NCBI RefSeq assembly: GCF_018977255.1
Contig: NW_024704742.1
Location: 49,044,001-49,108,000 of the forward strand
Length of the DNA stretch: 64,000 nt
From: Callorhinchus milii
Lineage: Eukaryota
Reading direction: 5' to 3'
Part shown: positions 13,440-28,367 of the stretch, piece by piece
Layout: the number at the start of each line of letters is the position of its first letter
Position numbering within the stretch: the first letter of the stretch is position 1
The notes under the pieces: generated by a model
What the model was told of the DNA's origin: nothing
Seen by the model: only the letters and a program-made list of their open reading frames with translations
Database searches by the model: none
Program-made: the position numbers and the translations under genes

Positions 13440-14711
13440 TCAAACAAAGAAAATAAATCTTACAAGAGAATACAAAGATCAAGCTCTGTCAGTAATTCTG
13501 ACATGTAAATAAAATTGTGGTTCAGGAATCCCGCATCACGTTTGCAATAACAATGTCATAAAAATGTGTTTTTTTCTTGACTTTGTCTGAATCTATGTTC
13601 CAAGACAAAGTATTGCCTTCACAGCTTTTCGTTTTACTGCCTTAAATCCTATATGAAATGCTTCGCCAAAACTGACTATATTGAGGGTGAGACCATAACA
13701 GTATTTTAAAGGGAATTGGACAAACATTTGAAGAGGATGACTATTGGAGAATAGGGGGAAAGAGGTAATTGGGATTCGGGTACTTAACTGCAGAGCAAAA
13801 AGTTAGACTCAATAGGCTGAATGCCTCCTTTTTTGCTATAATTTCTATGATTCAACATTCAAAGTAGGGGCAGGAATGTTTCCACTAAGTGTGCACGTAA
13901 ACTTAGACCTGAAAAGGACTTAACAACATTGCCTGATACAGCCTACTGAACCCTTTGCTCAGATGGTGCACTGCTAACTGCTGGAAATGTTCATGCTGCA
14001 GGTTACATTTCCATTCACACTCGCTACAATTTAAATATTTTGTGGTGCCATGATGTCTTTGATTTTGTCAATTTTTCTCCTTCAACTTTTTTCCTAAAGG
14101 TGTTTCACTCCTTCCTTCTGTTGGTGTGAGGCCCAGTGAGTTCCGGGTATCATCTTGTAAGTTGTGAAAGTAGCCATTATCATGTCTCCCCCACAAATGC
14201 TACCAGCTAACGCAGCACATAACACATTTTGAGCCTGTGGACTTCCTGGGCCATATGGTCCACTGCCTTTACTCACTAGGCCATCGGAGCTCACCCTATC
14301 TCCAACCACATTATTACACATCCATTCCCAATATAAATATTCCACGATACTTCAACATGCTTGCTCAACAACTCGCTCAAATTTAGCTGCAGAAAGCATA
14401 ATATTATGTTGTTGTATGATTTACATGGCAAATAATTGGCCCATTATACAAAGAAATAATTTTGGGTGTGGATTCCTTTAAGGCAACCAACCTCCGTGTG
14501 GAGCAGGAATTGGCTGAGGCAACTAATGATGACTGAAGGCAAAATGCTCTCTACGTTTGCTGGTAAAATTCATTGCCTACTTTTTGTACAACCTTGACAT
14601 TAAGGACCATCATTTCTGAACACCTGTAATCTAATAGCTATGTGTTTTGGGTATTGTAAATCCTTTCAGGATTTAGGGATTATGCGGTTTGCTTGTGTGA
14701 CAATAATAGTG

Positions 14712-14960
14712 ATAATAATAATAATCTTTGCATTTGATATAGCACCTTATCACGTCATCGAGACATCTCTAGGTGCTTCACAGGATATACTGTAAAGTGG
14801 AATGAGTTTGTTTTGTGGGCAAATGTGGCAGTCAATTGTGCACAGCACTAAAAGCTATGAAGTTAGTGACCATTTTTTTTTATTTGGGGGATTGTTGGTC
14901 AGGATACAGGGAGAACCTCTCTTCTCTTTTCGAATAGTGTCATGGGATCTTTAACAGCCA
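14712..14960 (-). mobile_element. Family B Deu-SINE 3' half
   Basis: Tail, Deu domain and ttttcgaatagtgtcatgggatctttaac body. Confidence 0.75.
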
Positions 14961-15068
14961 CCCCCCATCTCGCACCTTACTCCGGCTGGCGCTCTGTCTC
15001 TAAGAAGGACGTTTTCCTTCATGTAAAGTACTGTATAAGTGTACAAAGTTGTTGTCGCTTTCTTGTTA

Positions 15069-15398
<330 letters not shown>

Positions 15399-15484
15399 CT
15401 AAAGTAGATCAGATAACAATACTCAGACACTTATCAGAGAAAACAATCTGCTCATCGCCCTCTAAGATTTATAACATATATCAA

Positions 15485-16082
15485 ATAGTCCCTTCCTCCT
15501 TGAGGGGAATGTAAGCTGAGTCTCCTTGGAGCTGAACTGCCTCAAAGTGATAGACTTGGCAAACGGAATATCTCTGTGGTGGTCTCAGTAGTCCAGTCTG
15601 AGCCAGGTGGATCTGCAGTATTCCAGGGCACAGCTGATGACAGTACAGGCAGCCTGGTTCATTGGCAGCACTTGAAAGGGCAGACCAGTTACTGGGAGCA
15701 GAGATTCTTGCCACTCAACTCCTGTTAACCCTGCAAGCCAAAGCCCTAACAGCTGGTTTAGTCCTTCCTAGCTGGACAAGCAACCAGAAGCTTGCAAGTC
15801 AGAGCTTTCAATGACAAGCTATATAGTTTTAGCTGGTCAGACTCCAGCAGTACACCAAAACAGACTCTGGGGCCCCGAAGCCTTGGCTCTTGCCAACCTG
15901 CGGCTAATACTCTCCAGAGTTAGGTACCCAGGATGAGTCCCTCCAGGGAGACAACTGAGATTCAGGTTAATTTCCATGTGTAGGTGACTCAGATGTAGAC
16001 AGAAATCTTAGTCTAATTTGGATACTTTTAAGCATAGTGATGAGTTTCTGCATGTGTCAGACACCCAGCTGACAAAAAAAAT
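15485..16082. repeat. Unclassified interspersed repeat, family C (also ~4860-5325, ~36925-37412, ~38570-38730, ~55972-56133 plus ~57290-57460)
   Basis: Shared core ctggagtttaaccagctaaa..gcatagcttgccattga and a shared terminus, in either orientation. Confidence 0.8.
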
Positions 16083-16649
16083 CAGTTGCTCGATAGATCA
16101 GCTATACAAGACTGAAACCTATAAGGTATTATGATCTAATATGCAGTGATATCCAATGAGAATATTTAATAAGGCAGCCAAGTAAGGAATGTTTCTGGTA
16201 AATGAAGGTACATCATGCAGTCCAGAACCACAACAACTTGCATTGGTATAGCCCCGTTCATGTGCCAGAGCTCATGTGCAGGCTGTTCTTAGTTAGATTG
16301 TGTCAGAGCAGAGTTCCAGAGAATCTGTGTGTTGGACCTCCAGTTTTCTTACCAACAAATCCCATTATAAATCGCTGCACATCCAACCATAAATTGTCTA
16401 CAGCTACTCAATTAATAAAATATGTGTACAAAACTGCCTCATTATTTATGTCCCTGAAGAGTTACTGCCTCTGATTACATTATAATTTATGCAGAATATT
16501 GTGAGCCCTAGTAATCAACGGCAGATTCAAAATAGTTTTTATTGATTTCAAGAGGAAGCAAAGAACTTTATCATGTTTTGCTTTATGCAATGGATACAAG
16601 GGACACTGGCAACAACAGCACAACTCAGAATTGAACAAAAAATCAAATA

Positions 16650-17010
16650 GGTTAGGCTTTTTTTTGCTAGAAAAGAGATGTTTAAAGAAGTACCCAACAG
16701 AAGTGTTTAAACTATAAAAGGACTTGTTAAGGTTAACATAAATAGGCTGTTTTCAATGGTCTGTAACCGGGGACCGCAAATATGAGATAGCGACTAAGGG
16801 ATCTAAAAGAGAATTTAGGAGAAAATACTTTACATAGAGGTGGTGACATTGTGGAACTCACTGCCTGAAGCCATGTTTAATCAGACAGTGCAATGACCTT
16901 CAATATGATGGAGAGAGGAATGGCAGGGTATGGGAGGGAATAGAAACACTGGCACGGACAGGTTGGGCTCAGTGACCTCTTTCCGTGCTGTACATTCTTT
17001 GTAAGTTATA
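16650..17010 (+). mobile_element. Degenerate CR1 3' fragment
   Basis: ctttacatagaggtggtgacattgtggaactcactgcctga resembles the FFTQRVV..WNSLP region, followed by a CR1-like tail. Confidence 0.65.
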
Positions 17011-19168
17011 TGTGCCACATATTTAGTTGAGGCAACATTGTAATTTTTGGGTTCAGGTTGGAGCTAGAACCATTTTGTATCACAGTTTGTATTAAATTCA
17101 TTCTCAGCCATCTACTCACTCACTGGTATTCATTATTCTATATATATTTTAAAATTCCGAATTTTCTCCCTTCTTTCTCTCCTAGGCACTGACTTTTCCT
17201 AGGAGTTCAGTTCCATGGGCATTGACCACCCTCCAGTACTTTTGTTTCGGTCAGCCAAGTGTTTGACACATACAGAAACCCAACTAGACTAAGAGTTTCA
17301 CATTTGCATGCCACCTAATCATAAAAAAATTCCATTTATGTGGAATGGTATGCATTTGACTTTGATATCCAGCTACTTTGATATCCAATGCTGTGATCCA
17401 GGTTTACTCAACACCAGCTGCTTGCTCCAGGTCCTCAGAAGAGGGTACTTGGCAAAGAGATGTGCTTGCCATTAAGTCAACTCTGCCTCCAGGCTGCTGG
17501 GCAACAAGTCAGTGTAGCCATTTCCTATAAAGCCACCACTTGCACCATTCACTCCTCACAAGGATAGAATACAGCCTACTCTTTCTTGATCAATGAAATT
17601 CTTTGATACTTCCTTGGTATCAGTGCGATTGAATGAACTGGTTCTGAGAGCCAACGGAAACTTGATGGATTGAATGGCTTCCTTCTGTGTTGTAAGTGTC
17701 CATATTCTACAATTCTCAGTCTCACTCGGGTCACTTTCCTTGTTGATAGATACCACACTTGCACTCTGGAACACTGATGGGGTGCATGTGCCTCAGGGAG
17801 AATCTTATTGACCAGCCTTAGAAGAGCAGCTCCTAGGAAGGTCGACAGTTCCTAGAATTGATCTATAAGACCTCCTACTCAGAGCAACTTTAATACCATT
17901 TGGTATTAATACCATTTATCCTTGCTACTCGCCAGGTGATGCAGTGAAAAGTCCACTTTCTCCCAATTGACCCTCCAGTACATCCCCATGTGGGTTTTTC
18001 ACCTGGTCGTAACACAGCCAAATGTGCACACGCACTACCTCAGCAGTGTGCAGGGGTAGGGAGTCACTGGGGAATAAATGATCGAATATGAATTGAACAT
18101 ACATAAATCTACAACTTTAGTTTTAATTTCAGGAGCACCCAATTGTAATATTGAGCTGTTGAAGGAATCACAAGGAAAAGGCTTACACTGAAGATACAAT
18201 ATGTTTCAATACAAGATGTAGCTTCAATCAGTTCCATGTTGTTCTACCCATGTACAATAAAGAATAACCTGCCTACGGTTCATGAATGAGAAAGCTAATT
18301 CAGGATAAGCACTTGCATCAAGAGTTATCCTGCAGCATATATAATTCTCATGGTTTTAGCCTTGAAACTTTGCCTTAAAATGTAAAATTGTGTGGAATTT
18401 GGAAACATTTCACACAATCGCTAATTTTAAGGCAATGGTATTAAAGCTAAGATCAAGAGAATTTGTGGGGCCTTTTATTTCCCAGTCAGTTTCTTATCCA
18501 AGTATTCCATGTAAAGTTGGGTTTTATTATGCTTGATTAGCATAGACACCATTAACATTGTGGAATTTTAGCCCCTTCACAAAAGTGTCGAAGTATTGTA
18601 CCTTCTGCTATATCCTGTAACATCTTAACACAGCACTGGAGCTCACTCTTCCCTCTTATGTTTGAAATATCCAACCTCAGATAATTAGATTTTTGCTTCC
18701 AAATATATGGTTGAATATGCAAATCCAAACTCTCCTATATGCACTGCCAGTTTAAGATGTTACAAGTTAAGAATGCAAAACTACTGAAAATAACACATGG
18801 GCAAAATAGCTTGCTGATAAAGTAGTGCAAATAAGCAAGTAAACTGGGCAATCCCAAACACACATTATCACATATCACATCTAGTCCCTAAAGTCAAACT
18901 GCACACCTCTTCATGGTGTTTAATGTAGCTGCTAATTTCTACAATTGCATGCAGAATATATCCTTGCAAACAAAATAAGTGAAAAAAACAGACAAGCCTC
19001 CATGATTAGTTCGAAAGATGGGTAATTGTTGAATTTCCCACATACTCCAATTATACATCAGGGAATCAGGACTTAGGGAAAACAAAAATCAAAGTGGAGA
19101 GAAAGGTGATACGATGAGCTGTAATCTCAATTCTCAGCAGTCCTGCTAAATAAGTTATAATTTTCCTA

Positions 19169-19363
<195 letters not shown>

Positions 19364-21129
19364 TTAACAGAATAGACCATGGCATTCACTAAACAAATGG
19401 GAGAATATTGTCTCTTTTTGCCTGGGTCGATAATACACTGTATGTAGATGTAACAACTGTATCCCGTAACCTCATTGTAAATCACCAGCCTATCTAGCCT
19501 TCAGCAAAGCAAAAGATCTTTACCTAAAAGAATATCTGGCTGTCCGGAAAACTTTTACACTTTGCTGACGTCAATAGATGAAAAAGGGTCTAAAACATTG
19601 TGATTTCTGTTATGGTCTCAAATAGTCGCAAATAGGGATTGCTCCTGGTATGTCAATCATTTCCAGTTACTAAAACTCTTCTCAGAATATAGATCACGAC
19701 AGTCTTACAGCATATAAATTAGGTATAATTCCTCACATCTGTGACACCCACCTACAAACATATAAATGTCAGGGATTATGAGCTTGCTGGTCTTAAATAA
19801 TTTAACCACAGGCGGCCTTGATATATAGTTAATTGGCCTGTATACATATACTATTCAAAGAGATTGGAATGTGTTTTTGTGTAGGTGAAAACAGATGGCC
19901 AGGAATCTTAGGTGTGAATCGCACACTCCAGGAGATAAATAGGCATGTGGTCTGATTAAAACAAGACTACAAAGCAGCCATTAGGAAGCTAAACAAAGAG
20001 TTCTACATATATTGTACACAATGGTGGCTTTTGAAGTCTCTCTTGCTCAATTCATTGAAGGTTTTTAACTACATAAATGGCTACATTTTAATATTCTCCA
20101 GTTATCTTGAACCTTTTGGAAGAGAAGCAACAAGCTTCTCGGGTTCATTAGCTGCAGACAAAATCCCAATGCTGTGATTGGGCTTGTTGAATAATTAGCC
20201 TTTACTTAGTTAAGAATTCTTGCTTTGAATCAGATCAAACTTTCAGCAACTTAATAATGAGGTAACTTGTATGAATCTAAAAGGTGTGTTTTGGCATTCT
20301 ATTTAACTGCAAGGGGCAGTGCTGATTATCACAACCGAGTGTGATTCACATCCATGTTCATACGAATTGTATCAACTGTCCAGTTTGGGGTCTCTGTATA
20401 GCAATCTGAAGCCCAAAGTTCCCTTATACTTAGCCTGCAAGGTTATTTTGCTTTAATATTTAAGATTGGACAGAATTTGTGTAAAACTCTTAAATTCAGC
20501 TTTAATTTGAAGCCAGTTCTTTTAAAGAACTGTGAACAATAGGCTTCCAAACACTGTATGAAGTTTAACAATTTATCATAATTCTGTATTTGCTTCAATT
20601 TGAATGGAAAATAGCCTTAAGGCCTTTTGGGTGTAAACAAACTGGCTCCCATCGTTTGTCACCATCCTACTGAGCTTGTCAAGTAATTGATCTTTATTTC
20701 ATTCCTCAGAACAGGAGGCTCCCTGGGTGATTTTCTCATTTTTTAACACAGAGGTGCTCAGGGCAATTACAATGTCCCAGTTGCTGCTCTAACTGAAGTT
20801 AGTCAGTACGGTGCAGGCCAGGATTAGTACATCGAACCTTCTTACCTGTATGGTTTAATGCTGAGTGCTTCCTTTATCCACTAATCTCAATTGGAGGAGT
20901 CCTGCAATATCACTTTATAAGTAAACAAATTGTGCTGTGAATTCTGGGGTTTGTTATCATGTTTGTTTAGTAATATTTAATTTTAACTAGAAACCAGGTT
21001 TACAAATTCCATAATTGTGTAGAATGGTTCAATACCAATGTTTCCACCAAATCATACAATATTCACATGAAAGGTGACCGTTAGGGGCAAAAATCAAAAG
21101 AGTATTAAAACCTTCAGGTTAAACGTTCA

Positions 21130-21759
<630 letters not shown>

Positions 21760-22089
21760 CTAAACCCCCTTCATTTTTCACCATTTATTCTGTGCTTAAT
21801 TGACTTAATGGAGTTCAGAATGTGAAGTGGTTTAGACTAAAGGCCTATTTCAATGAGGACAATAGTGCCTTTCACGTCAGATAGATGTCCCAAGGCACTG
21901 AAATTACATATCAGGGATGTGAGGGGGAATTGGAGGATTGACATCAGAAGTATTTCTTTAAACCGAGGGTAATTAACAGGTGATAAGGTGACAAGGAAGG
22001 GTGGTTGAAGCCAGTTCATCGGATTCGTATCAGAAACAGTTTAATGAGAAGAGGGTATGGGTGATATTCTGGAGAGCTGAGCCCAGAGT

Positions 22090-22408
22090 GGGGTCCTGTA
22101 GCTCAGTGGTTAGAGCGCTCGCCTTGCGAGCGAGACACCTGGGTTCGATTCCCGCCATGGCAAAATCTTGGGCAAGTCTCCTTACTCCACATGCCTGATA
22201 AATAATCCCTCAAGAAAAAAACCCAATAATAAATAGGTCACTTCAATCCATGACTGTTTGTGGGACACTGCTGTGCACAATTGGCTGCTGCGTTTCGCCC
22301 ACAAATATACAATCAATTCACTTTACAGTATATTCTGTGAAGCGCTTTGAGACGTCTAGAAGATGTGAAAAGTGCTATATCAAATGCAAGGATTATTATT
22401 ATTATTAT
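22090..22408 (+). mobile_element. Family A SINE, short form
   Basis: Same head, Deu domain and tail. Confidence 0.92.
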
Positions 22409-22749
22409 AGACCAAATGGGCCGAAGGGCATTTTTCAGCTGAACCTCTCGTGAAAAATGTTACTTTCAATTGATAGAAAAAAATGGTGCTTATACTGAGA
22501 CAAGATAAATATGTGAGCTTCCAAAAATGAATGCTTTGCCAAATGCAAATGCTACCTCCAAATTAGTTTACCGGACAAACACATTTCAACTGTGGATATT
22601 CCAGCGTTTAAAGTATGAGACACTTGCGGGATTAATTCATATTGATTTGCGAACTCACAAATTTTATTTCACCCGGGGAACAGATTCATGTACACATTTC
22701 AGGGGCCCGTAATACCATTTCAAATTCAAAATTCAAAAAGAGTTCAAAA

Positions 22750-23112
22750 TTCTCTTCCTCACCTTCAAGGCCTTGCCCCCTCCTACCTCTCTGACCTGCT
22801 AACCCCGTATCAACCTGTCTGCTCCCTCTGCTCAGCAGGCTTCAACCTGCTACATGTCCCCTGCCTACCCCGCCCCACCATCGGTGGTGGGCCTTCATCC
22901 TCTCTGCCCTTCTGGAACTCCATCCCACACTCCCTTCAACTTGCTCCTTCCCTTGCCTCCTTCAAGGCATGCCTCAAGACCCTCCTCTTCTACCATGCCT
23001 TCAGCCGCCCTTCTACTCTCTTTGTCCTCCATCTCCCTGATCCCATCCCCCCACCTCGGTGCCTTGGCTGTCCTCCGGATGTGAAAGGCACTTCACAAAT
23101 GTAATTTTATAT
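22750..23112 (+). mobile_element. L2 3' fragment
   Basis: GLAPSYLSDLL...WNSIP...SFKACLKT and a degenerate L2 tail. Confidence 0.85.
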
Positions 23113-23789
23113 TGTATTTAACTTAGTGATTCAGTGATGGCCAAACTGTGGGAGCCGCCAAAAAGCGTTACCCCAAACGTTTGCACAAATCTGGGTAAGT
23201 TTGTGTTCGATCGGATGCCTGTAGTGCATGATGTTAGCACTCTCAGGATTTTGTAATATTCTTACGAGTACAGATAATTGTTCTAATCAGTTCAGAAGTG
23301 TCTGTAATTATGACGACAGATATCATAGTTGGATTTCCCTAAGATTTAATAGACAACACAGTTACACTATTACACAGATACCAAATTATAAGAACAGTCA
23401 ATTCAAAGACAGGAGTTCTCCCTCTTTCACAAAACCCTTTTGCGGTTGGTCTCTGTCTCCCCAGCTATTGATCTCCCAGGCTTCTATCACCACCACATCA
23501 AAAAGGACTGTCATGTCTCAACCCAACAATTGGGTTTTCACACCTAACAAAGTTTCAAAAGCAGAGGTTAACCTTGCTGCAAAACATATATCATTTACTA
23601 TCCACATAACTATAAAATAAGGCACTATATCAAATGCAAGGATTATTATTATTATTACTAACCACATATCTCCATTTGTTACTTATTGTTCCATATCTAA
23701 TCAACTTATCTCAAATAGAATGACCAGGGGCTCCTTCATTTGGAGACATCTGAAACCTTTACAATTCATGTTCCACATTTTCCTATAAC

Positions 23790-24160
23790 CGTAGCTCAGT
23801 GGTTAGAGCACTCGTCTCGCAAGCGAGAGACCTGGGTTCAATTCCTGGCAGGGCGAAACCTTGGGCAAGTTTCCTTACTCCACACGCCTCTGTTTACCTA
23901 GCAGTAAGTAGGAACCTGATTGTTAGTCGATTGACAGATCACTTTTCTGGGGGTAATAATTCCTTTACAAAAAAAACTAATAAATTGGTCACTCAATCCA
24001 CGACTGTTTGTGGGACACTGCTGTGCACAATTGGCTGCCACATTTCACTCACAAAATATACAGTCAATTAATTCACTTTACAGTATATTCTGTGAAGGGC
24101 TTTGAGACATCTCAAAGACGCGATAAGGCGTTATATGAAATGCAAGGATTACTATTATTA
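23790..24160 (+). mobile_element. Family A SINE, long form
   Basis: Same head and tail plus the internal segment ctctgtttacctagcagtaagtaggaacc...gtcgattg. Confidence 0.92.
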
Positions 24161-27100
24161 CATCTAATAAAGTCTACCGTTATGAGCCAAGAGCAGTTGT
24201 GATGAGCTAAAATAATTAGCTCATCAATTTGTTGGCCAGAAATTGACTGCTAGAATCACCTAGACAGTAAACATACTTTACAGTAAAACTCTGTGAAGTG
24301 GCTTGAGATGTTTCAAAGTCATAACATACTAAATCAATTTAAATGTATTTAAATTTGATGAATTGGTCACTCTAAAGATAACTGATGCCATTGATGGGAT
24401 TGGAACATGTATTACACCCAGCATCAATAAATTACAGATTAGGTGCAATACATAAAGATCACTTTGAACTACCTCATAACAAATGTTAGTGCAATATCAG
24501 AGGCACACCTTAATTGCACCACTGGCATTTCCATTTCTCCCACTGGCATTCCTTTGATGTCTTTGAATAAAATGGAAAATTAACATCAAGTAATGGGTAG
24601 AGAAGGAAAAATTTGATCTCGTCAGTCTGAGCTAGATTCAACTCCTCATCCCAAATATAAAAGTACAACCTACTGTGGCAGTCAATCTTTCAACTTGCTG
24701 TTGACCTACCAGTGGATTGGTATTTTTAATAAAGCCAAAGGCTCAAAATTACTCAAGATCATAGCCTGAAGACCGCTGTCTGAAAAATTAAGATTGTGCC
24801 GAATTTTAGAAAATCTTTAAATTCTTTAATCTAAATTCAAAGCCAGTTTGCCACTCTTCTTAACAAGAAATGCGGAAAACAGGCTTCTAAATCAAGTCTG
24901 AATTTAAGAATTTTCCACAATTCTACACAATGATAACTTTAAAACAATGGTATTAAGACTAAGATCACAGGGATTTACGGCCTCCAGTTCATGGCAGGAT
25001 ACATGACAAGTTGCTGCTTAAATGTAACAGTCGTGTGGTACCCATAACATTGGATAATGGATCCAGTGTTGGACCATTTCATGAGAAACTTGTTCACAAT
25101 CCAAGCAAGCAGAAAGCAGCTGCCATGTTGCTATACTTGTGCTAGAAATACTATGTTATGAATTGCATTTCTCCACATCACTATTCAGCTGTGGAGAGTT
25201 CAGAGCCAGACAATTCTGTTCATCAATAAGCTATTAGAATTTTTCATTTGCTAAAATAAGATTCCATTGCCCTTTAAATTCTGACGTCTATAAATGTACA
25301 ACAGAATGTCAAAGTACAGAACACATATACTGCAGCATTACACTGTCAGAAGCATTCCTTGGTATGATAAAAAAAAACAATTCTGCTGTTGTCACATTTT
25401 TAATAAGGTGTGCAGATGTTTCTATAAACCTTTTAGATGGTTAATTATGCATCTTATACTTTAGCTGCAGTATCTGATTGAAGAAAGTCAATTTTTGTGC
25501 CAAGTACACAGCACGACAGATAAGATTTTGCATACAGAACTCCAGCTAGAGTTATTATGCTTTAAATGCTCTGAACAGTCATCACTGATTGGCTGTCATT
25601 GATGTGATGATTCATAAATATGTATAAGGTGGTGTACAGGCATGTCTGACACTCTTTCATCAGCTGAAATAGATACGGTACAAAAGGTCTGATAGTGGGG
25701 CTCGATATGCATACAAATAAGACTAATAAAACTGGAATAAAAATCACTGCAGTATCCGTAAGCTAACATTGGATTTATAACAATTTGTAGACTGATTTTC
25801 AACCTGCTTAAATGTCATTCTGAATCTTTTGCTTGTCAACATAAGGGATAATGACAGAGACTGAGAATGGAACTGTTTTCCATTTTGTAACTAGCAACTG
25901 CGTTAGCCCCTGTCGCTTTGTTTACTTTCACTTAAACAAAGACAGAAAGGTGATATGCTCCTGGCTGCCTTATATTTCTGTGTTTATTGGTGATGCAGCA
26001 GTAACAATGTTTGACAACGCAGGGCATAAATTACAAAAATTACTATGCACGGTAAGTGCTTGGATAAAATAAAATAGGGGATATCAATGTTGCAATGTTG
26101 ACTCTCTTGAGCCAGAGTGCTGGATATTATCCTCCCAACCCATGATGATGGAATTTCTGCCCTTGCTAACCACCGTATCTTCTCACAGAAAGCATCCCTG
26201 AATTCATTGTTGAAATGCAGTAGTTCTGTTCTGGGCTAAACCAGAGCAGAAGCCTAAATTGATTGTAAACTAGATCATCTACATAAATCAGGGGATTTGA
26301 GATCCTGTGTGAATCCCACCTACCCTTACCCATTTTAGGGCATCACACTAACCTCCGATCTGCCGGCTGTCCAGTGTATTTTTAACAGAAAGAAAACAAA
26401 TTCAAGAACATTTTGCTGATCTCCACTACAGACTCACTTGTATTAAAATGTAACTGCACAGCTCATTTCAGTTATGACCTCAAATGTCAGCAGAGAAAGA
26501 GAGAAAAAAAAGCATCCTCTGCATGGCGTTGATTGACTGGTGCATAGAGGATAGAAGGCAGCGCACGGTTGACATTGTATTAATACACTGTGACATGGTA
26601 CCTGCCATCCTTTGTATGGTGAACACAGTAAATACGTCTCATTTCCACGACTTCCTTTTACAAATCAAACAACATTAAAAGGACTTTAATTCATTTTGAC
26701 ATCTTTTTGTTTTCGTTTTTACTAGATGTGATTTAACAGTGAGCATTATCATTTTATTGTTGTGAACTGGCTCAGTGAAGGCACTACTTGCACAGAACAA
26801 CAAAACTCATTTTTTGCATTATTGGGCAGAATTGGCATGACACTCTCACAAACGATTTGACTGCAAGTTTCTAGTCAATGTAGATCTTTTATCAACAAAG
26901 ACAGTCAAATATAAAATTACATCAAAGAGGACAGTGGACTGTAATTTGGACAACATTATTTTAACTTTTATGAAGACACATTTGGAAACCTGTGGCCAAC
27001 CACTTTTTTTAAAACAAATGATTAGATGGAAAGGGATCAGAAAAGAATAGTTTCAGGACTCAGCTCAAAGTTAGGAGATGAGACTCACAGAGCTGAAAGT

Positions 27101-27284
27101 GTATTCATTGTAAAAAAAAAGTTTGAAGGGAGAAGTGTGATCCAACTCTTTAAAATAATTAGTGCATATATAATGTAATGCATTATACTGTATTCCACTT
27201 AGACAGTGAAAGAAGAAATTGAGTTAAAATTAAAAAGTGGAACCAGAGATTCAAAGTTGTTTTTCTTCTTACTTTCGTATATTT

Positions 27285-27525
27285 AAACTTTGGGTAAGTT
27301 TACTTACTCCACATGCCTGATAGTAATCCCTCAAGAAAAAAAAACAAGAAAAAATTGGTCACTTCAATCCACGACTGTTTGTTGTACACTGCTGTGCACA
27401 ATTGGCTGCCGCGTTTCGCTCACAAATATACAGTCAATTCACTTTACAGTCTATTCTGTGAAGCGCTTTGAGACATCTCGAAGACGTGAAAAGCACTATA
27501 TCAAATACAAGGATTATTATTATAT
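27285..27525 (+). mobile_element. Family A SINE, headless short form, within a degenerate CR1 remnant (~27050-27620)
   Basis: Deu domain and tail; CR1-like sequence on both sides. Confidence 0.82.
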
Positions 27526-28367
27526 TTAGTTGAGCTCACAATGTGGATGGATTTGTACGGTCGGTTGAAGGAGTGGGCTTGAAGAACCACAAAGGTATTT
27601 CCTGTTCCACACTTCCTAATGATTTATTTCTCCTTTAAACTTAATTCAGGTGATCTCATGCAAAAAGCTCAAATTACTGAATAATTGATATTTAACCACA
27701 AAGTTAACACTTTTCACCACAAAGCTAAAAGCCATTCAAAGTGGACGGCTTCCTGTGGTGAGTTTTGCCAGTTCCCAGCAATGACAATTATAGGTGCATT
27801 AATAAGAGAGAAGAAGTAATTTTGATTAATATGCTTTCCACACCACAATATGGTTTGATGTTGGCTTGACAAGGAGAGCCATTAAGAGCAATCATAGAGA
27901 ATCAAATAATCTGTATCATCTCGTCCTCATGATCAGAGGTTTAAATGTGGAGACCTCTTGCAGCAGAAGATGAAAAATGAAGAGAAAAGAAATCCATCTA
28001 TGGAATTACACAAACAAACATTTATAACAAGTCTGGTCCTAAAAGAAGATTCAGGTTCTGCTGAACAAACTGAATAAAGTTCACAGTCACACAATACAAT
28101 TCATTAAAAGAAATGGGGCCCACTGGCCATTGCAAACTTCTTAATGATACATTTGAATATTAATGTGAAGAGAATTATTAATCTTCTAGGTACAATTACC
28201 ATCAAACTGCTTCCCTGTGACAAGCAAAAAAGCTTAGTAGAGATTGTGCAATGCCTTTAGTATGCCACAAATTCACGAAATAAAATCAGAAACTCTTGGA
28301 ATATGCAAAGTACAACAGGTACTTTATATATACAGGTCAATCAACATCTGGAAGGAAGAGATACATT

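Noticed and set aside
22090..22165. tRNA-Ala-like genes (also 5584, 7105, 23790, 36023, 60920)
   Set aside because: They are SINE heads. They lack a proper acceptor stem and run straight into the SINE body.
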